From the NCBI GenBank assembly GCA_048938025.1, contig JBHLMP010000022.1, forward strand, positions 1 through 55,075: a stretch of DNA of 55,075 nt. The letters run 5' to 3'. Within the stretch, counting starts at the first letter, position 1; each line of letters starts with the position of its first letter. This stretch comes from Promethearchaeota archaeon (GTDB taxonomy: Archaea; Asgardarchaeota; Lokiarchaeia; Sigyniarchaeales; SOKP01). A program made the position numbers and the translations under genes. Below the pieces are notes generated by a model. The model was not told the origin of the DNA and searched no databases. It worked only from the letters and a program-made list of their open reading frames with translations. This document shows, one piece after another, positions 9,581 to 20,558 of the stretch.

Positions 9581-10306
9581 CTATGCTTTTGGGATTATAA
9601 TTATAAAATTACTCCCTTTTGACGAGTCTCCTCTTATTCGATCCTCTATCCACATTTTACCCTCCCATAAATTAATTAACATAGCAACAAGAGAGAGCCC
9701 GATACCCATACCTTTGGATTCTTTACTCTTTCTATGGCCTTCTTGAAGGATTTCATACTTATCTGTAGCTTCTATTCCAATCCCATTATCTTTAAATTCT
9801 AATTTTGTGAATTTCTGGTTTAATTCTATTATTTCTGATATTGAAACTTCAATTTGGACTAATGTGTTTCTGTTATATCTAATTGAATTTATAAATATAT
9901 TCTCAAATACATCAAGGAGTAAAGCATTAGCACTTACGTAGATTGTTTTAGCCTCAGAGTTAATTTTAATTTCGATTCTTCTACGTGGAAAATTTGTCTT
10001 AGCAAATCGAACTGCGTTGTTCAAATTTTTTAAAAGATCTATAGGTTCTAAAGGCATTACAGATTCTTCCAATTCAGAAAGTTTTCTAAAATTTCTCACT
10101 AATTTCTTCCCTCGACTTACTTGTTCTTCAATAAGTTTAAAATATTCCAGGATATCCTCCTTTCTAATCCCTTCTTTTAATGACATTATGCATAATTCAA
10201 ATGCATTGCTAATTGAATGAAATAAATTTGAAATATCATGAATAAATAACCCTTCAAAGCATTTAGCTCTAATATAGACTTTATCATATATACTATCGAT
10301 TTGCAT
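9581..10306 (-). CDS. Histidine kinase core (HisKA + HATPase) without sensor domain
   Basis: HDISN H-box, ENIFINSIRYN, DNGIG, GMGIGL; likely ATG at 10306 after GGAGTGA. Confidence 0.85.
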   Translation of the reverse strand: MQIDSIYDKVYIRAKCFEGLFIHDISNLFHSISNAFELCIMSLKEGIRKEDILEYFKLIEEQVSRGKKLVRNFRKLSELEESVMPLEPIDLLKNLNNAVRFAKTNFPRRRIEIKINSEAKTIYVSANALLLDVFENIFINSIRYNRNTLVQIEVSISEIIELNQKFTKLEFKDNGIGIEATDKYEILQEGHRKSKESKGMGIGLSLVAMLINLWEGKMWIEDRIRGDSSKGSNFIIIIPKA

Positions 10307-10638
10307 GACATTTATCACTCCTATTTTTTGTGTTATCTTAATATAATTACAAAAAGACTTCGATTTATAGTTTCTATTACACAACTTTCCGCGAAGTTCG
10401 AACTTTATAAGTCACAAAAAAGAAAATAGAATAATTTAAAAACTCAGATCTCCTAAAATATTATTGATTTGACTTTCAAATGGTTAAAAAGTTTAGAATT
10501 ATTTATAACTATATTATCTAGATAATAAGCTTTGAGAAGCTGAGACTTTATTTAATTGAAATTATAGAAGAATTAATTTTTTTTAAAGATGTAATAAATT
10601 GGATTGATTCTTACTTATAAAATTTATATTCTTCTGGA

Positions 10639-11172
10639 TTATTCAGCAATAATAGCAATTATTCTTTCGAAAATTTCTTGTTGATTTTGGCGACTTAAAC
10701 TAAATACTACTATATCTGGTATTTTAAGAAGGGAATCCTTTAGTGGATGTTGTATTTTTTGCCCAATTGTTGCGATAATTTTAATGTCAGAATGGAAAAA
10801 TTCAGTTATTAGATTTTGAAATTTTCTAGAAAAAAGCTCCATTTTTCCAATTTCATCAATAACTAATAATTCTTTTTTATGAAATACAATATCTTCTAAT
10901 TTTGAGATTAAATTCTCAAATTCTTCTAAAAAAATATGATATCGCCCTAATTTGTATTTAGTATTATAATTACCAATCCTTGCTAATTTTCGCCTTTCTC
11001 CTGAATTAATATCTTCGATATCAAATCCAATACGATTACCATCTTTTCGAACTTCTGGAGTTAAAAAGCCATAAATTGTATAATTACGATTAGAGAAATA
11101 TTCTATTAATTTAACAATTGAAGTTGATTTACCACATCGAGGTGGACCAGTTATAAGGATTTTTTTAATCAT
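10639..11172 (-). CDS. NTPase_1 (THEP1/HCR-NTPase) family nucleoside triphosphatase
   Basis: ITGPPRCGKST, GFLTPEVR..RIGF, IDEIGKMEL. Confidence 0.9.
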   Translation of the reverse strand: MIKKILITGPPRCGKSTSIVKLIEYFSNRNYTIYGFLTPEVRKDGNRIGFDIEDINSGERRKLARIGNYNTKYKLGRYHIFLEEFENLISKLEDIVFHKKELLVIDEIGKMELFSRKFQNLITEFFHSDIKIIATIGQKIQHPLKDSLLKIPDIVVFSLSRQNQQEIFERIIAIIAE

Positions 11173-11272
11173 TTAATTGATAAATTAAAATTTTAAATAA
11201 TAGTAAGAATTTAAATGAAATTATAAAATAATTAATTAATTGTTTTTTAAAATTACAAAGAGAGATGAAAAA

Positions 11273-12220
11273 ATGAAAAGTTCTACATTTACGTTTACAG
11301 ATCAAGATGGGATTAAGATTTTCGTATATAAATGGGAACCAGATACAGTCCCTAAAGCTGCTGTCCAATTTATTCATGGAATGGCAGAACATGCTAAAAG
11401 ATATGCCCAAGTAGCAGAAGCTTTATGCAATGCGGGATATATTTGTTATGCCAATGATATTCGAGGTCATGGAATGACTGCTGGCGATTTAACTGAAGCG
11501 ACTTTAGAGGGGAATGCTGGAGTTTTAGGACCTAATGGATGGAGAGGGGTGGTAAATGATGTTTATGAGCTATCAAAGATTGTAGAGAAAGAATATCCTG
11601 GTCTTCCTTTATTTCTAATAGGGCACTCTTGGGGTGCTATGATTGTGCAAGATTATATTCAAGAATGGGGAAATGAGATCAAAGGGTGCATTTTAAGTGG
11701 TACTACTGGAAAAGTAAGAGCATTAGTACTTAAAGCTGGCAAAATGATTGTTAAAAATGAGATAAAAAAATTAGGACCAACTGCCCCAAGCGAAAAAATG
11801 CATGATATGAATTTTAAGAGTTATAATCATGATTGGCAACAAGAAGAAGGAGCAACAGGATTTGAATGGCTCAGTAGAGACAAAGCGGAAGTCCAAAAGT
11901 ATATTGATGATCCATGGTGCGGATTTATTACTCCTGCAACATTTTGGTTAGAATCTATCAATGGGAGTATAAAAATATATGATGAAAAAAACGAGCAAAA
12001 GATACCAAAAGATCTACCAATTCATTTTATTTCAGGAGCTTTATGTCCGGTAGGAAATAAAACTAAAGGAGTCACGGCGATGATTAATCGACTAAAGAAG
12101 CTTGGTATGAAAGAGGTGACTTATAAATTTTACCAAGATACTCGACATGAACTTTTTCATGAAATTAATCGTGAAGAAGTTTTTAAAGACGTTATTAACT
12201 GGTTAGATTCTCACTTATAA
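11273..12220 (+). CDS. Alpha/beta hydrolase, lysophospholipase/monoacylglycerol lipase-like
   Basis: HGMAEH..RY, DIRGHG, GHSWG nucleophile, RHELFHE; ATG 11273 preferred over TTG 11240. Confidence 0.88.
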   Translation: MKSSTFTFTDQDGIKIFVYKWEPDTVPKAAVQFIHGMAEHAKRYAQVAEALCNAGYICYANDIRGHGMTAGDLTEATLEGNAGVLGPNGWRGVVNDVYELSKIVEKEYPGLPLFLIGHSWGAMIVQDYIQEWGNEIKGCILSGTTGKVRALVLKAGKMIVKNEIKKLGPTAPSEKMHDMNFKSYNHDWQQEEGATGFEWLSRDKAEVQKYIDDPWCGFITPATFWLESINGSIKIYDEKNEQKIPKDLPIHFISGALCPVGNKTKGVTAMINRLKKLGMKEVTYKFYQDTRHELFHEINREEVFKDVINWLDSHL

Positions 12221-12249
12221 CCTAATTTTTTTTCTAAATTTTTCCAATT

Positions 12250-13383
12250 CTATTTGTTTAAATCTTTAAATTTCAATAAGAGTGCCTTTTGTTTATCAGA
12301 TATTTTTTCAGGTACTTTGATATTCACTATGACATATTGATCTCCCCTTTCTTTTCCCCGTAGATATGTAGCTCCACTTTTTTTAATTCGAAATTCTGTT
12401 CCTGGCTGAGTTCCTGGAGGGATCGTCAACTCCCTTTCTGTCATCTTCTTTTCTTTATAATCCAAAGTAAGGACCTTGATTTTTCCACCTAAAATTGCAG
12501 TTATAATATCCAAATCTATAGGAGTATAAAGATCATAACCACGACGAATAAATCTTTCATTCTCTTTAATTCTAATCCCCAAATAAAGATCACCAGGAAT
12601 AGCATTTACAGAAGGTACATGCCCAGCCCCCTGTACTTTAAGATGAACTCCATTTTCTACGCCGGGTGGTATATTAACATGTATAGTTTTATGATCAGGA
12701 ACTACCTTTTTACCATTACATACCTTACACTTCTTTTTAATTACTTTACCTGTACCATTACAAGCATAGCATTCTGACTCACGAATAATAGTACCAAATC
12801 CAGATTGCGTCATTTTTCTAATTCGACCCGTTCCTTGACACTCTGGACAATTTGTAATACTTGATGGATCTTCAGCTCCAGTTCCTTCACATGCGTCACA
12901 GGGAGTATATCGTTCTATTGGGACATCTTTTTTTACTCCAAACATAGCCTCCTCAAAACTAATTTCTAAGAAGTCTTCTATATCTTGTCCGACTTCTCTA
13001 CGTGGTGCAGTTCTTCTTCTAGCTCTTGAACCAAAACCACTGAAACCAAAATCATCAAATCCTCCAAATGGACTAAATTCACCAAAGATGCTCCGAAATA
13101 ACTCATCGATACCTGGTATTCCACCACGGAAAAAATCACTCATATCTATGTGTACTCCACTAAAACCGAAGCGATCATAATTTTTTCTCTTATCAGAATC
13201 ACTTAATACCTCATAAGCTTCTTGGAGTTCTATAAATTTTTCTTTTGCTTTAGGATCTGTTTTGTTCATATCTGGGTGAAGTTCTTTAGCTAATCTACGA
13301 TATGCTAGTTTGATATCATTCTGGGAAGCATCTTTACTTACTCCCAATACCTCATAGTAATCTCTTTTTTTGCTGGAACTCAT
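12250..13383 (-). CDS. dnaJ: Chaperone DnaJ
   Basis: J domain with HPD, G/F region, four CxxCxGxG-type motifs, C-terminal domain. Confidence 0.97.
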   Translation of the reverse strand: MSSSKKRDYYEVLGVSKDASQNDIKLAYRRLAKELHPDMNKTDPKAKEKFIELQEAYEVLSDSDKRKNYDRFGFSGVHIDMSDFFRGGIPGIDELFRSIFGEFSPFGGFDDFGFSGFGSRARRRTAPRREVGQDIEDFLEISFEEAMFGVKKDVPIERYTPCDACEGTGAEDPSSITNCPECQGTGRIRKMTQSGFGTIIRESECYACNGTGKVIKKKCKVCNGKKVVPDHKTIHVNIPPGVENGVHLKVQGAGHVPSVNAIPGDLYLGIRIKENERFIRRGYDLYTPIDLDIITAILGGKIKVLTLDYKEKKMTERELTIPPGTQPGTEFRIKKSGATYLRGKERGDQYVIVNIKVPEKISDKQKALLLKFKDLNK

Positions 13384-13569
13384 AATCTCTTAGATTCTTG
13401 TTGTTATCAAATAAGGTTAAAAATCAAGTAATTAAAATTGTTTCTGAAATTTAATTTTTTAGGTATTTGGTTATTATATAAATTAATATATGAAATCTTT
13501 ATAAATCAAATCTCTTATCAACATAAATGAATTTGCTCATAAAAAAATCATAAAACCTTATATATAGCA

Positions 13570-14127
13570 TTGACTTATCTAAATTCTATGGAATCTAATG
13601 AAATTGAAATAACTGAAAATCTTAAAACTAGATATTATCTAGTCTCCGGTTGCATAGTAGTTCTCTTTATTATATTTACTGTAATGTTTAGTCAATTCCC
13701 AGGTAAAGCATTTTTATATTTTCTAATGATTGAGGGAATTTTGGCAGCCATTATAGCTCCTCTTATGATTTACGCCTATTCTAGGAACAAATGGGTAACA
13801 TATGCCTTATCAGAACAAAAATTTATGATTGTAAAGCCAAGAAAGATTCGCTTTGAAATTAGTTGGTCGGAATTTGATGTGATGAAATTCAAATTATTAG
13901 GGAGTGAGTTTGGCACACTTAAAGGTAGAAAGTTGGAAAGGAAAACCAATGTATTTAAACTTAAATTTTTACGCGGAAATGATCAAATTAAAGATATAAA
14001 ATTCGCTGTCCTCAATAGAGCTAAAGCGAGAGAACTAGGCGCGGCAATAATTAATTATGCAAAAAATATGGGCAAAGATATTATCTTAAAACAACGTGAT
14101 ATACAATTAAGAAATCTAGATGTTTAA
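13570..14127 (+). CDS. Hypothetical two-TM membrane protein with PH-like soluble domain; probable paralogue of 48437..48964
   Basis: Two hydrophobic helices then KFMI..ISWSEFD; C-terminal GKDIIL resembles GKDVIL of the paralogue. Confidence 0.65.
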   Translation: MTYLNSMESNEIEITENLKTRYYLVSGCIVVLFIIFTVMFSQFPGKAFLYFLMIEGILAAIIAPLMIYAYSRNKWVTYALSEQKFMIVKPRKIRFEISWSEFDVMKFKLLGSEFGTLKGRKLERKTNVFKLKFLRGNDQIKDIKFAVLNRAKARELGAAIINYAKNMGKDIILKQRDIQLRNLDV

Positions 14128-14305
14128 GATTTTTGAGGATTAAGTTTAATATTATTAAATAGAAGCTAGAATTAGATAATGTAATTTTATTTAATGATAA
14201 AATTAGCAAATTCCTTTTCTTATTTAAAATAATAGTAAAAAAAAAGAGGATTATTCTCTTTCTTAAATAGTTAATAAGATTTTTGTTGATATTAATTAAT
14301 ACTAC

Positions 14306-16327
14306 TTATTGATCCGAATCCTCATCCCAGTCAACGTCCACAACCTTCTTCTTCTCTTTTTCATCTTTTTCCTTTTTATATGTAGCACCACCAGCACCTG
14401 TCTCGTCAGCTCCACCGGGGGGTACGCCACCCATACCTCCTGGAGGGGCACCTCCCATACCGCCCGCGGCACGTTGAGCTTGCTCGGCTGCTTGTTGATA
14501 AACTTGATCTTGAGCTTGTGAAGCGTAAATTCTTTGGGAAAAACTATACATAGATTTTTGCAGATTTTCTATTCCAAGTTTTATTCTTTGAACGTCATCA
14601 GTCTTAATATCTTCTTCTAGGGAGCTGATTGCCGCTTCTATTTCTTTCTTTTCATTTTCCTGGATCTTATCTTTATTATCTTCCATTAATTTCCTTGTTT
14701 GGTAGATCATAGAATCTGCATTATTTTTAACTTCAACTAATTCTCTTACTTTTTTATCCTCCTCTTCAAATTCTTCTGCAATTCTAACTTTTTCTTGAAT
14801 TTCTTCAGGAGTTAAACCTTTAGCTCCAGTAACAGTTATCCCTGTTTCTTTGCCCGTTCCTAAATCTTTTGCAGTTACATGAACTATTCCGTCAGCGTCG
14901 ATTGAAAATTTAACTTCAATTTGCGGAATACCTCGGGGAGCAGGTGGGATTCCTGTTAAATGGAACATTCCTAATGTTATATTATCTTTTGCCATAGCTC
15001 TTTCTCCTTGAAGAACATTTATGGTAACTGCTGGTTGGTTATCAGCGGCTGTACTAAATACCTGACCCTTTTCTGTTGGAATTGTGCTATTTCGCTCAAT
15101 TAGTTTTGTGAATACTCCTCCGAGAGTTTCAACCCCCAGTGATAGTGGGGTTACATCTAATAAAAGAAGGTCTTCTACATCTCCAGCAATAACACCACCT
15201 TGAATAGAAGCCCCTATTGCTACACATTCCATAGGATCGACTGAATGCTCTGGTTCTTTTGCAAAAAATTTCTTAAATCTTTCTTGAACAGAAGGCATTC
15301 GAGTAGGACCACCAACTAAGATTACTTTGTCAACATTGCTTACTGGTATTTTAGCATCGGAAACGGCTCTTTGCATAATTGGATCTAATCTTCTTAGTAC
15401 AGGTTCAATTAGAGCTTCTAGTTTTGCTCTTGTCAATTCCAACGTTAAATGAACTGGATTACCCCCTTTCTGACTTAAATACGGAAGATTAATCGTAGTG
15501 GAAAGTGTAGTAGATAATTCAATTTTCGCCTTTTCACCAGCATCTCTAATTCTTATCATTGCTTTATTATCACCCTTCAGATCAATCCCTTCCTTCTTCT
15601 TGAATTCTTCGGTTATCCAATCCACTAATATATTGTCCATATCTGTCCCTCCTAATTGGGTATCCCCCGCTGTTGACATAACTTCCACGACACCCTCTCC
15701 GTATTCCATGAGTGTAATATCGAATGTACCACCCCCCAAGTCTAGAACGCATATTTTCATCAATTTATCTTTTGTATCTTTATCGAGACCATAGGCTAAA
15801 CAGGCAGCGGTTGGCTCGTTAATCATTCGCACGACCTCAAGACCAGCAATTTCGCCAGCATTCTTAGTGGCTGTTCGCTGTGCATCATTGAAGTATGCTG
15901 GAACTGTGATAACGGCTTTTTTCACATCTTCACCAAGGTATGCAGAAGCATCAGTCTTAATTTTTTTAAGTATCATTGCGCTTATTTCTTCTGGCGAAAA
16001 TTCTTGCCATTTTTCTCCCACTTTTAATTTTGCCTTATAAGATGTGCCCATTTTCCGTTTTATAGCTGTAACTGTTCCATCAGGATTTGATACTGCTTGT
16101 CTTCTGGCTGGTTCCCCAACTATCTTTCTACCGCTCTCATCAAAAGCAACATATGAAGGAAATGCTTTACCCCCTAAGGTTCTTCCTTCTGCTGCAGGGA
16201 TAATTTCTGGTTTGCCTGTGCCCGTTAAAATAGCGCAAGCACTGTTAGAAGTCCCTAAGTCGATTCCTATAATTTTTTCCTTTCTAGTAGATTTTTCCTT
16301 CTTTTCTCCTTTCTTCTCATCACTCAT
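14306..16327 (-). CDS. dnaK: Chaperone DnaK (Hsp70)
   Basis: [47 protein letters not shown]. Confidence 0.98.
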   Translation of the reverse strand: MSDEKKGEKKEKSTRKEKIIGIDLGTSNSACAILTGTGKPEIIPAAEGRTLGGKAFPSYVAFDESGRKIVGEPARRQAVSNPDGTVTAIKRKMGTSYKAKLKVGEKWQEFSPEEISAMILKKIKTDASAYLGEDVKKAVITVPAYFNDAQRTATKNAGEIAGLEVVRMINEPTAACLAYGLDKDTKDKLMKICVLDLGGGTFDITLMEYGEGVVEVMSTAGDTQLGGTDMDNILVDWITEEFKKKEGIDLKGDNKAMIRIRDAGEKAKIELSTTLSTTINLPYLSQKGGNPVHLTLELTRAKLEALIEPVLRRLDPIMQRAVSDAKIPVSNVDKVILVGGPTRMPSVQERFKKFFAKEPEHSVDPMECVAIGASIQGGVIAGDVEDLLLLDVTPLSLGVETLGGVFTKLIERNSTIPTEKGQVFSTAADNQPAVTINVLQGERAMAKDNITLGMFHLTGIPPAPRGIPQIEVKFSIDADGIVHVTAKDLGTGKETGITVTGAKGLTPEEIQEKVRIAEEFEEEDKKVRELVEVKNNADSMIYQTRKLMEDNKDKIQENEKKEIEAAISSLEEDIKTDDVQRIKLGIENLQKSMYSFSQRIYASQAQDQVYQQAAEQAQRAAGGMGGAPPGGMGGVPPGGADETGAGGATYKKEKDEKEKKKVVDVDWDEDSDQ

Positions 16328-16362
16328 AGTTAAAATATCACTTCTTCTTAGAATTATGGATA

Positions 16363-16412
16363 TTTAATAATTTAATCTTAAAAGATTTTTTAGACTTTAA
16401 TAATTTAATCTT
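16363..16412. promoter_or_regulatory. 17-bp direct repeat TTTAATAATTTAATCTT in dnaK/grpE divergent promoter region
   Basis: Exact copies at 16363-16379 and 16396-16412, adjacent to TTTATAAA (16411-16418). Confidence 0.45.
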
Positions 16413-16576
16413 TATAAAATTGTAAATTGTTTCTATTAAGTATATATTAATTAAAATAGAATTAAAAATTTTATTTATATAGATCGCTATATCATAAAAA
16501 ATAAAATTGATTATCAATTTTAAATCATAAAATTATAATTCATATAACATTCTAACGAATTATAAAGGGAACTGAT

Positions 16577-17416
16577 ATGGCCAAAGAAAATGATGACGAT
16601 ATAAAAGAAAAAGCTACGCAAGAGGCTTCTGCAGAGGAAAATATAACATCTAAAGAAAAAGTAACAACTCAACCAAGTTCTGAGGGAGGATCAAAAAGTG
16701 AAGAGGTCAAAAGACTAGAAGAAAAAGAGCATTATGAATTAGATTATTTCTCGAAAGAAGATTTAGTAAAAAAAAATGAAGATCTTGAGAAAGAATTAGG
16801 GAAACATAAAGAAAGTGTCGAGAAATTACAAAAAGTAAATGTAGATTCGAAGAATAAGTATATGAAATTACAAGCCGACTTCGAAAATGCTCAAAAGCGA
16901 TGGGATAAAAACCGCCAAAACTTAAGAATTGAATATACGGCTTCTGTTTTGAAAAATTTTTTACCCTTATATGATTCTTTCAAAAAAGCTATTGATAGTG
17001 ATAAAGCAAATGAAACCGAGAAAAACATACTTACAGGATTTTACAATCAATTTATGAACATTTTTAAGTCATATGGGGTTGAGCCAATACAGGTTAAAAT
17101 AAATGATCCGTTTGATTATAGTATACATGAAGCTTTAAGTACGGTTGAAAAAGAGGATATTCCTGAGAATAGTATAATAGAAATAGTCCAAGACGGTTTC
17201 AAATATGGAAAAGAAGTTATAAGGTATGCAAAAGTTATAATTTCTCGAAAACCGAAACCTCCTGAACCAGAACCTGAAGAAGAAAAAATTGAAGAAAAAA
17301 AAAAAGAACAGATTATTGAAAGCCAGGAAACCTTAAGTGATAAAAAGGTACTTAAGGAAGAAAAACTTAAAGAAAAGAAATCCAAAAAAGAAAAAAAGAA
17401 AGACATTCAAGAATAA
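16577..17416 (+). CDS. grpE: Nucleotide exchange factor GrpE
   Basis: LQADFEN..KR, FDYSIHEAL, VQDGFKYGKEVIRYAKV; Lys/Glu-rich tail. Confidence 0.93.
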   Translation: MAKENDDDIKEKATQEASAEENITSKEKVTTQPSSEGGSKSEEVKRLEEKEHYELDYFSKEDLVKKNEDLEKELGKHKESVEKLQKVNVDSKNKYMKLQADFENAQKRWDKNRQNLRIEYTASVLKNFLPLYDSFKKAIDSDKANETEKNILTGFYNQFMNIFKSYGVEPIQVKINDPFDYSIHEALSTVEKEDIPENSIIEIVQDGFKYGKEVIRYAKVIISRKPKPPEPEPEEEKIEEKKKEQIIESQETLSDKKVLKEEKLKEKKSKKEKKKDIQE

Positions 17417-17459
17417 GGCATATTTTAAACTAGTTTTAATAGAACCTATAAGTAAATTT

Positions 17460-18023
17460 CTATTCTTTTTCAATAATAACTTCAAATCCTCTTTTTCGTA
17501 AATATTTGCTTAAGAGAGCACCTATGATAGATAACCCTCCACTTAAAAAAGGTGCAATAACAGCAAATCCAGGATTAAATATTTCCCAATAACTAAGTTC
17601 TAAACCATCAAATTCATTATAATAATAATTCATCATGATCTCCATTTGAATTATATAACTTATTGTTGCTAAAATAAGAGAAATCCCTAAAATTATCCAA
17701 AAAAGTTCATATTTATTAGAATTTCCCTCTTTTGCTGCTTTGTAGGCTAATATACATATCCAAGAAGCAAATATAAAAAGCCCAATGAAATGGATGAATT
17801 GCTGTAAGAATATAAGTAATGATGCTTGGGTTGGTGATATTTCAAAAAACCAATATGTAGAATATCCATAGGGAACAACATAAAAAAATACAAATCCCCA
17901 CATCCAATAATATACCTTTATTCCTAATAGATTCCCATAACATGAAGGAGTAAATAGTCCAATAATTGTTAAAATTCCGGCAATTAGAGGAAATAACCAA
18001 ATATAATCTTTTAAATAGGCGAT
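17460..18023 (-). CDS. Hypothetical multi-pass membrane protein; N-terminus extends 40 codons above the track's ATG (17903)
   Basis: In-frame IAYLKDYIWLFPLIAGILTIIGLFTPSCYG...YYW-MWG with no upstream ATG/GTG/TTG; GAGCTGA precedes ATC 18023. Confidence 0.65.
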   Translation of the reverse strand: MAYLKDYIWLFPLIAGILTIIGLFTPSCYGNLLGIKVYYWMWGFVFFYVVPYGYSTYWFFEISPTQASLLIFLQQFIHFIGLFIFASWICILAYKAAKEGNSNKYELFWIILGISLILATISYIIQMEIMMNYYYNEFDGLELSYWEIFNPGFAVIAPFLSGGLSIIGALLSKYLRKRGFEVIIEKE

Positions 18024-18250
18024 AATAATCAGCTCTTCTTAGAATATTTTAGATTAGAACTTTAAAAGATTTAAGTCCAATTAAGTAATAGGAGAAAATT
18101 CAATTTAATAGTTTGGCTTTTATCGGAATTTTTAAATTAATATGAAAGCAAGATACTTATAATAAATAGGGGAGTTTTTTATTTATAACCTAAAATCTTA
18201 TTAGCTTTAATATTCTATCTTACTTAAATATTCTTAAATGTGTTAACATT

Positions 18251-18505
18251 ATGGGAGAAGAACCACAATTACCACCTATTCCGGCAATCGGAGATGTTTT
18301 AGATCGAAAAAAATCATTTATAGAGAGAAAACATAGTGTCGTTAAATGTGGAGCATGTCAGGCTGATTATATACGAGCGTTTAAACAGGGAGATTTTGTA
18401 TTTAAAGGGTTGTTGGATGAAGAGTGCGAGAAATGTCATAGAAGAAAATTAACGATCGTTGAAATTTATTCTGAATGGATTAATCCAAAAAAAGAAAAAA
18501 AATAA
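18251..18505 (+). CDS. Small archaeal Zn-ribbon protein
   Basis: CGAC...RAFKQGDFVF...CEKC...IVEIYSE. Confidence 0.75.
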   Translation: MGEEPQLPPIPAIGDVLDRKKSFIERKHSVVKCGACQADYIRAFKQGDFVFKGLLDEECEKCHRRKLTIVEIYSEWINPKKEKK

Positions 18506-18628
18506 TAACTTGCTTTAATAAAGTCTTTTTTTATTAGAGTTTATTAAATTTATTCAAATCTTGATATTGAATATCATAAGCGAAGAATTAGAACAACCAA
18601 AAATCCTAATAAAAGCGAATCTTTAGAA

Positions 18629-19525
18629 TTATCTAATTAAATCGCGAAGTTCTTTATAACCAATAATTTTTAAGTTAACTTCTTCAACGCACTCCATTAT
18701 TCTCTTATCTGTAAAGGCTTCATAATCCTGATTTCGCCAAGCTGCTGAATCGGGAGTTATAGCTTTTAATTCAGAACTCCTTTTCGCTGGATGAAATAAA
18801 AAATGAGTTAAACCCGGTTCTATTTCTCTAATAAGCTTACAATAATATTCTTTTTTATTAGGTTGCTCACCCCCCGTTTCAGTAATAACATGATCTAAAA
18901 GAGGAAAACCTTCTGCTTCTATTATTGAAATGAATTTTTCATAAATCTTTATATAATCTTTTAATCCCCTCGCAACCAGTTCTTCTTTAGTTACTCGTGG
19001 AAAGAGTCCAGGAATCTCAAATTCCTTAGCTAAATCTATGTACGATCTAATAAATTTAGGATGGACTATAGTTGCCATATGGGGATCAATGTGAGTTACA
19101 TCTATTCCATTATCTAAAGCCAATTGAATTTGAGAACGCAATTCAATTTCGGCTGCTTCAGCTGTTACATTAGCAATTGCTTCTTCAGACGTGCGCCAAA
19201 GGGAATTTTCTGAATCCAATAATCCTGTTTTAGGATCCACACTACTTAATGCTCGCCATCGGTAAAGATCATACTCACATGTGAGAGTTAGATGAACTCC
19301 CAAATCATATTTTGGATTACTCTTATAAATTGATGCCACCTCTAAAAACCAAGGAGCCGGAGTAATTATGGCTCCACAACTAGCAATTCCGAAATCTAAA
19401 CATTCAAATGAAGCGACATTTGAAGCGTGCGAGAAACCGATATCATCAATATGAAATATTACTACTTTATCAGTTGTTTCATATCCCAATTTTTCAATAA
19501 TTGATTGATTTATCATTATATACAA
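18629..19525 (-). CDS. ChbG/YdjC family carbohydrate deacetylase
   Basis: HIDDIG, GVHLTL, THIDPHM, FHP. Confidence 0.85.
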   Translation of the reverse strand: MYIMINQSIIEKLGYETTDKVVIFHIDDIGFSHASNVASFECLDFGIASCGAIITPAPWFLEVASIYKSNPKYDLGVHLTLTCEYDLYRWRALSSVDPKTGLLDSENSLWRTSEEAIANVTAEAAEIELRSQIQLALDNGIDVTHIDPHMATIVHPKFIRSYIDLAKEFEIPGLFPRVTKEELVARGLKDYIKIYEKFISIIEAEGFPLLDHVITETGGEQPNKKEYYCKLIREIEPGLTHFLFHPAKRSSELKAITPDSAAWRNQDYEAFTDKRIMECVEEVNLKIIGYKELRDLIR

Positions 19526-19565
19526 CTTGTTCTTTTCATATAAATAGATATTAAAAACTTACTTA

Positions 19566-20558
19566 CTACTCTAAACCTAACAGTTCAATAATTTTATTCG
19601 CCATAGAATATGGATCTAAGGACTTTTTCATTGCTTTTTCTAAATAAGGTTCAATTTTTTCACTATTATTTACGAGGTCTTCAATCTTTTTTGATAATTT
19701 ATGTTTTAAAATTTGAAGAGTTTCGGATTTTATCCTATTTAGTTGATAATTTTCAATAAATCCTGTACTTTCTAAGAAACTTCTATGAACATTAACAATT
19801 TTAAGCAAATCTTCAAAATTCTCCCCTGTTTTTGAGTTTACTTTAATGACCTGAGGTGTCCAACGCTTCATTTTCGCAAGATTTTTACTAAATTCTTGTG
19901 AATCATATATAAAATTTTTATTTAGCTCTAACATCTGCACTATTTCCGCTACTTTTCTATCCGCTCCTGGCAAGTCCATTTTATTAACTACAAAAATATC
20001 AACAATTTCCATTATACCTGCTTTAATGGCTTGAATATCGTCGCCCAATCCTGGGACTAATAAAACTACAACAGTCTGAGCAGATTTGAAAATATCAACT
20101 TCGCTCTGACCTACTCCCACAGTCTCCACGATAATAATATCACAACCGTAAGTATCTAAAATCTTAATTACATCTTCTGTGGCTCTTGCAAGTCCTCCGA
20201 GCTGCCCCCTATTGGCCATGCTCCTGATGAAAACATTTTCAAGGGTAAAATTTTGTTTCATTCTTATTCTATCTCCAAGTAAAGCTCCACCAGTAAGAGG
20301 TGAAGTAGGATCAACACAAATTATCCCAACTTTTTTACCCTTATCAACAAAAAGTTTAGTTATCGTTGAAATAAAAGTAGATTTACCACTACCAGGTGCT
20401 CCGGTCACTCCTAAAATATAAGCATTTCCAGTTTTATTATAGATATTATTTACAATTTTTTCTGCTGTTTCAATGTCATTTTCTACGATAGTAATCAAAC
20501 GGGCAGCAGCACGAGGATTTCCTTCAATTAATTGATCAATTAAATTAGAGTAATCCAT
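19566..20558 (-). CDS. meaB: MeaB/ArgK B12-mutase chaperone GTPase
   Basis: GAPGSGKST, VDPTSP..GGALLGDRIRM, ETVGVGQSE, NKMD. Confidence 0.95.
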   Translation of the reverse strand: MDYSNLIDQLIEGNPRAAARLITIVENDIETAEKIVNNIYNKTGNAYILGVTGAPGSGKSTFISTITKLFVDKGKKVGIICVDPTSPLTGGALLGDRIRMKQNFTLENVFIRSMANRGQLGGLARATEDVIKILDTYGCDIIIVETVGVGQSEVDIFKSAQTVVVLLVPGLGDDIQAIKAGIMEIVDIFVVNKMDLPGADRKVAEIVQMLELNKNFIYDSQEFSKNLAKMKRWTPQVIKVNSKTGENFEDLLKIVNVHRSFLESTGFIENYQLNRIKSETLQILKHKLSKKIEDLVNNSEKIEPYLEKAMKKSLDPYSMANKIIELLGLE

